A stretch of DNA of 64,000 nt, taken from positions 39,680,001 through 39,744,000 of the forward strand of contig JAGIQG010000005.1 in the NCBI GenBank assembly GCA_024679065.1, given 5' to 3'. Shown here piece after piece: positions 59,986 to 64,000 of the stretch; position 1 is the first letter of the stretch; each line of letters begins with the position of its first letter. A program made the translations under genes and the position numbers. The stretch is from Sphyrna mokarran. Taxonomy: Eukaryota. Below the pieces are notes generated by a model, which worked only from the letters and a program-made list of their open reading frames with translations, made no database searches and was not told the origin of the DNA.

Positions 59986-60514
59986 TGAGGCAGACATGGT
60001 GCTGGATATAGTTATTGATATCTCCATGTGCTGTGAACGTCAATTGCATTTTCCTCACAGCGAATACATTCATTGCAAGCTATTCATTTTCATAAACAAA
60101 AGAAAACCACATCAGTGAAGAACAGATAGGATTTGTTTTGATTCATTAGAGAAAAAGTCATTCACCGTCCAAACAATAATGTCCAACCATGCTAGGTGAT
60201 CAGATTTCATTTGACTTCTCTGTCACTGTCGAGTTATGTTGGGTTATAGCAGCAGTCCTCAGCTTCTCACTGTATATTAATACATGTGACAGTGATAAAT
60301 CAGATCAAGTCAAAAACTGCACTCAGCAAGCTCTGCAGTGTTCACTGTTTCTGTCACAGGCAGATGTAACCTTCTGGTGGCAAAGTTACCAAAATCAAAG
60401 CTAGCTTGACTGCAAGAGTGACAAAGCCAAGACTGAAAGCATATTGGTAACTCAACAGCAGCAACAACACCCATCTACATAGTGCCTTTAATACAAAATA
60501 TCTTCAGGTACTTG

Positions 60515-60765
60515 AGGGTTCGATTCCCTGCTTGGGTCGTTGTCTGTGTAGAGTTTGCACATTTTCTCCGTGTCTGCGTGGGTTTCCTCCGGGTGGTCTG
60601 ATTTCCTTCCACAGTCCAAAAGATGTGCTGGTTAGGTGCATTAGACATGCTAAATTTGCTCTCAATATACCCAAACAAGAGCCAAAGTGTGGCAACTAGG
60701 GGATTTTGATAATAACTTCATTGCAGTGTTAATGTAAGCCTACTTGTGACTAATAAATAAACTTT
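60515..60765 (+). mobile_element. 5'-truncated V-SINE with non-CR1 tail
   Basis: A B-box ggttcgattcc, a V-domain and the tail ttgcagtgttaatgtaagcctacttgtgactaataaataaact are present. Confidence 0.8.
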
Positions 60766-60789
60766 ACTTAAGTTCCAAGTAGAAGAGAT

Positions 60790-61255
60790 AACTGAAAGCG
60801 TGAACAAAAAAGATTGGATTAGAAGGTTTTTAAAGGCAGAAACAATGAGATTAAACCAGTAGCTGGAGGATTTATTCCAGTTTTGGAGTAGGGATGTGGG
60901 AGCTGGAAGGTGGCAGAGTATGTGCAGGAAGTCAAAATTGTAGAACATAAGCTGGAATAAATGTCTGGAGGAGGCTGCCCCGTTTGATGGGATGAAGCCA
61001 TGGTAGAAGAATTTGTAAGTGAAGACAAAGACTTTGAATTGTGTGTTGGGGACACAAACCAGTGCAAGTCTGATGACAGAGATGATGAGTGAACAGGACA
61101 TAATTCAGGACAGAGCGTATTTGTTTTGAATTTGTTGGAGTTTTTATATGTTGAAGCTCAGAAGGCTGATATACAGAGCATGATAAAAGTTAATTCTGAA
61201 GTTGATAGACGTCTGGACAATGGTTTCAGTGACAATGGGGCTGACTCAGAGCTGT
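60790..61255 (-). mobile_element. L2-type LINE fragment
   Basis: LALVCVPNTQFKVFVFTYK is a degenerate form of the LHWLP...FKIL motif. Confidence 0.55.
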
Positions 61256-61499
61256 AGTGGCCTCTCTCATTTTCTTTCCTTTCTTCCCTCATGCCCTCTC
61301 TAAGGTTATCACACCATTTGGTTCAACTACACAATTCCCTTTAAACTGCTGACAACCAACTCTGTTTTCCGAGTTCCCAAGTTAACTGCTATTGTTGAGG
61401 GTTCTCTTATTTCCGATACTGTCTCCCTCTCTTTCATTCTGCCTTTATTATCACTATCCTAAAAAAATCTTTATCCCTCTGTCCTTGCAAATTACTGTC

Positions 61500-62790
61500 T
61501 CATCTTCAACCTTCCCTGAATGCACTATATCTCAAAGCTGCACTCACCTTCCCCAGATCTCATTGTCTGAACCCTTCCAATCCAGTTTTTGCCCTGACCA
61601 TTGTACCAAAACCATTCTTATACAACTCACAAATGTGACTGCTGGGTGACCATGGTAAACTTGTCCTTGTCCTTTTCAATCGTTTTTCAGCATTTTACAC
61701 GTTGACCGTACCAACTCCTTTTCCAATGACTTGTCATCACCTGAATGAGACTGCACTCACTCTGTTGCATTCTTAACTACCTAGCCAGGACATTGCCTGC
61801 AATGGTTTCTTGCTCTTGCACTAGTATCCCTAAGTGTTTATCCTTGGCCTTGTTCTTCTCATCTACATGCTGTGCTTCTACAACATCATCCTGAAACAGC
61901 AGCATTACTTTCACATGTCTGCTAACGTCACCCAGCTCTACCTAATTGACTCCTTTACTGACGAGCCTGATTGCTTGTAGACATTGAGTGCTGGATGAGC
62001 AGAAGATTGTTCCAATTAAGACTAAAGCCATTAACTTCAGTCATATTATAAATTCCTTTACTCCCTGACCACTGACTCCATCTGAAAACTTCGATGATTA
62101 AACCAGATTGTTCGCACATCCTTGGGGGTCATATGTAACTGCAAGATGACCTTTTGATTAGGCATTTGGACTGTTGCTAAGATCACCTCAGCTCATCTGC
62201 TGCCTAAATCCTCATCCATGTCTTTGTTATTTCTAGACTCTGTCAAATCCTGTACATTTCTGGCCAGTCTCCCAAGTTCTATCCTCCGTAAGCAAGAGCT
62301 ACTCCAAAACTCTGTTGCTTGTCTTAACTTGCACCAGGTCCCATTCAGCTATTATACCTGCGCTCACTTAACTTTGTGGGCTCTCAATTAAGCAGTACCT
62401 CAATTTTAAAATTTTGATCCTCTTTTTCAAATCCCTCCAGGATTTTGTCTCCCCACCTGAACTACCGTCGCCCCCTTCCCACCTCCCCATCCCACTCCCT
62501 GTCCCAGCAACCCTTGAACATTTCTGTAATTTCCTTCAAGTCGCATAATTCTACAAGATATCTGCACTCTTCTAATTTTAGCCTCTTGAGTGGTGATAAT
62601 TTTAATCATTCCACTATTGATTGTTTTCAGCTGAAAAGGCTCCTTAAAACCTACCTCTTTTGACCAAGGTGTGTGCTCTAATATCTTCTTATTTGGCTTA
62701 GCTTCAAATTTTGCTCCATAATGCTTCTGCGAAGCACTTTGAAATGTTTTGTTACGTGAAAAATGCTACACAAATGCAAGTTATTGTTGC
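61500..62790 (+). mobile_element. Decayed L2-type LINE (RT to 3' end)
   Basis: Remnants of QS.F...H.T.T.L and SANVTQLYL (YADDTQLYL) are present, and the 3' end is aatgcaagttattgttg. Confidence 0.7.
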
Positions 62791-62959
62791 AAAAATAAGA
62801 AATATTGATGCTGGTTAGGATATGGAGATTTACAAAATGCTGATGATCAAACAGAAAATTGAAGTTTCACACCATTTGATTTAGACAGTGAATAAGTAGG
62901 TAAGAGAATAGCATCAGCCGCAGAAGATTTGAAGTGGGAGACAAGCAATTGATTCATAC

Positions 62960-63032
62960 ATAACATCGGGGTGACGGCATGGGCTCGTTGGGCCGAAGGG
63001 CCTGTTTCCCGTGCTGTTTTGTTCTTTGTTTT
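62960..63032 (+). mobile_element. Extreme 3' tail of the V-SINE-containing CR1 family
   Basis: It is near-identical to 25967-26038. Confidence 0.75.
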
Positions 63033-63822
63033 TTATAACTTTGTGTTGGATAAGCAGTGTTACACTACTGAGATGCTCGTGGAACAAGACGGATCTTGCT
63101 AGCACATATTTTTTAACAAGTCCACAGATAATGTCACAAAAGAATTGCATGTAAAAAGAGAAAAGAAGAGAACTGAGTACAGATTTGAGGAGTGTGAAAC
63201 ATTGCTGGAGATGTTCTGGCTACATTGTGACTGGTAGAAACGTACACATTTTACTTGTGTAGCCCACAAGAGCTTGAGTCTATATTAAGAATGGTATAAT
63301 ACTGAATCAATCAAAGCAGCCCATAATCACAATTTATACAGTTACCTATTCCCATCATGGGCAAGAATGGGAGCATTAATATTAGTTACAAGGATAGATA
63401 CAAAAATAATCTGGTTTCTCATTTGAGATTGTTTTTCATTGATCTCATCTTAAAAGTTAACGTGTAATCATGGTTTACAATAAGACCAAGCTTCCTCACT
63501 GGTATTATAGTCTCCGTAAACAGGGAGCCAAATAGCATCATCGCATAGTTGTACTCATGTAGGAAGGAAAGCTGACAAGGTACTGGACAGATATTCCATA
63601 TCCAGGGAGCTGTACTGTAATCATCAGCAAAAGAAAAAAGGGGAGAAAATTACAATAAAAATGATATATGGTTGCTTAATGCTTAAAGTAAAATTTGTTT
63701 GCAAAGTGGACATTAGAAAAAAATGTTCCCTTGGTCATTTTACATTAAACACTTTCAGAATTTCTGGCTCTGCATTCTGGATTCTAATTAAAATGAGGAA
63801 ATAGTGAACAGAGAAACATGGG

Positions 63823-63950
63823 ATGAATGAAGAGTCTTCTAGACTCGAAATATTGCCTCTGTTCCCTCTCAGATGTTATCAGACCTGCTGAGATTTTCCA
63901 GGATTTTCTGGTTTTATTTTAGATTCCAGCATCTGCAATAATTAGCTTTT
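63823..63950 (+). mobile_element. Penelope-like pLTR remnant with decayed hammerhead (second family)
   Basis: tgaatga a GAGTC ttcta GACTC GAAA tatt shows a perfect stem II and a damaged CUGA box. The downstream gacctgctgagattttccag matches the arms at 11430-11610. Confidence 0.6.
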
Positions 63951-64000
63951 CTGCATTTGAAATTGCACTAGCTAGGTTGGGCTAAATTTCCCACTAAAAT

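Overview
This is AT-rich, repeat-dense vertebrate genomic DNA, most likely a cartilaginous fish (shark), inferred from HE1-like V-SINEs and abundant CR1/L2/Penelope repeats. It holds two divergently transcribed host genes in the same head-to-head order as in human. The 5' end of IBTK lies on the minus strand: CpG-island promoter and non-coding exon 1 at ~29.6-29.9 kb, a ~26 kb intron 1, and coding exons at 2472-2795 and 301-397. TPBG/5T4 lies on the plus strand as a single-exon CDS at 55062-56192. The rest is mostly decayed transposons: CR1, L2 and Rex1 LINEs, V-SINEs, two hAT fossils, and a two-gene PIF/Harbinger element with three nested Penelope insertions. The main observations are (1) a cluster of very short uORFs followed by a stem-loop in the IBTK 5' leader, resembling the mammalian IBTK stress-translation switch; (2) a graded series of fold-back, TSD-flanked Penelope insertions carrying minimal hammerhead ribozymes; (3) a CR1 family whose 3' end is a captured V-SINE; and (4) a 215-bp local inverted duplication in IBTK intron 1. 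All calls were made by eye without database searches, so repeat boundaries are approximate unless a TSD defines them.
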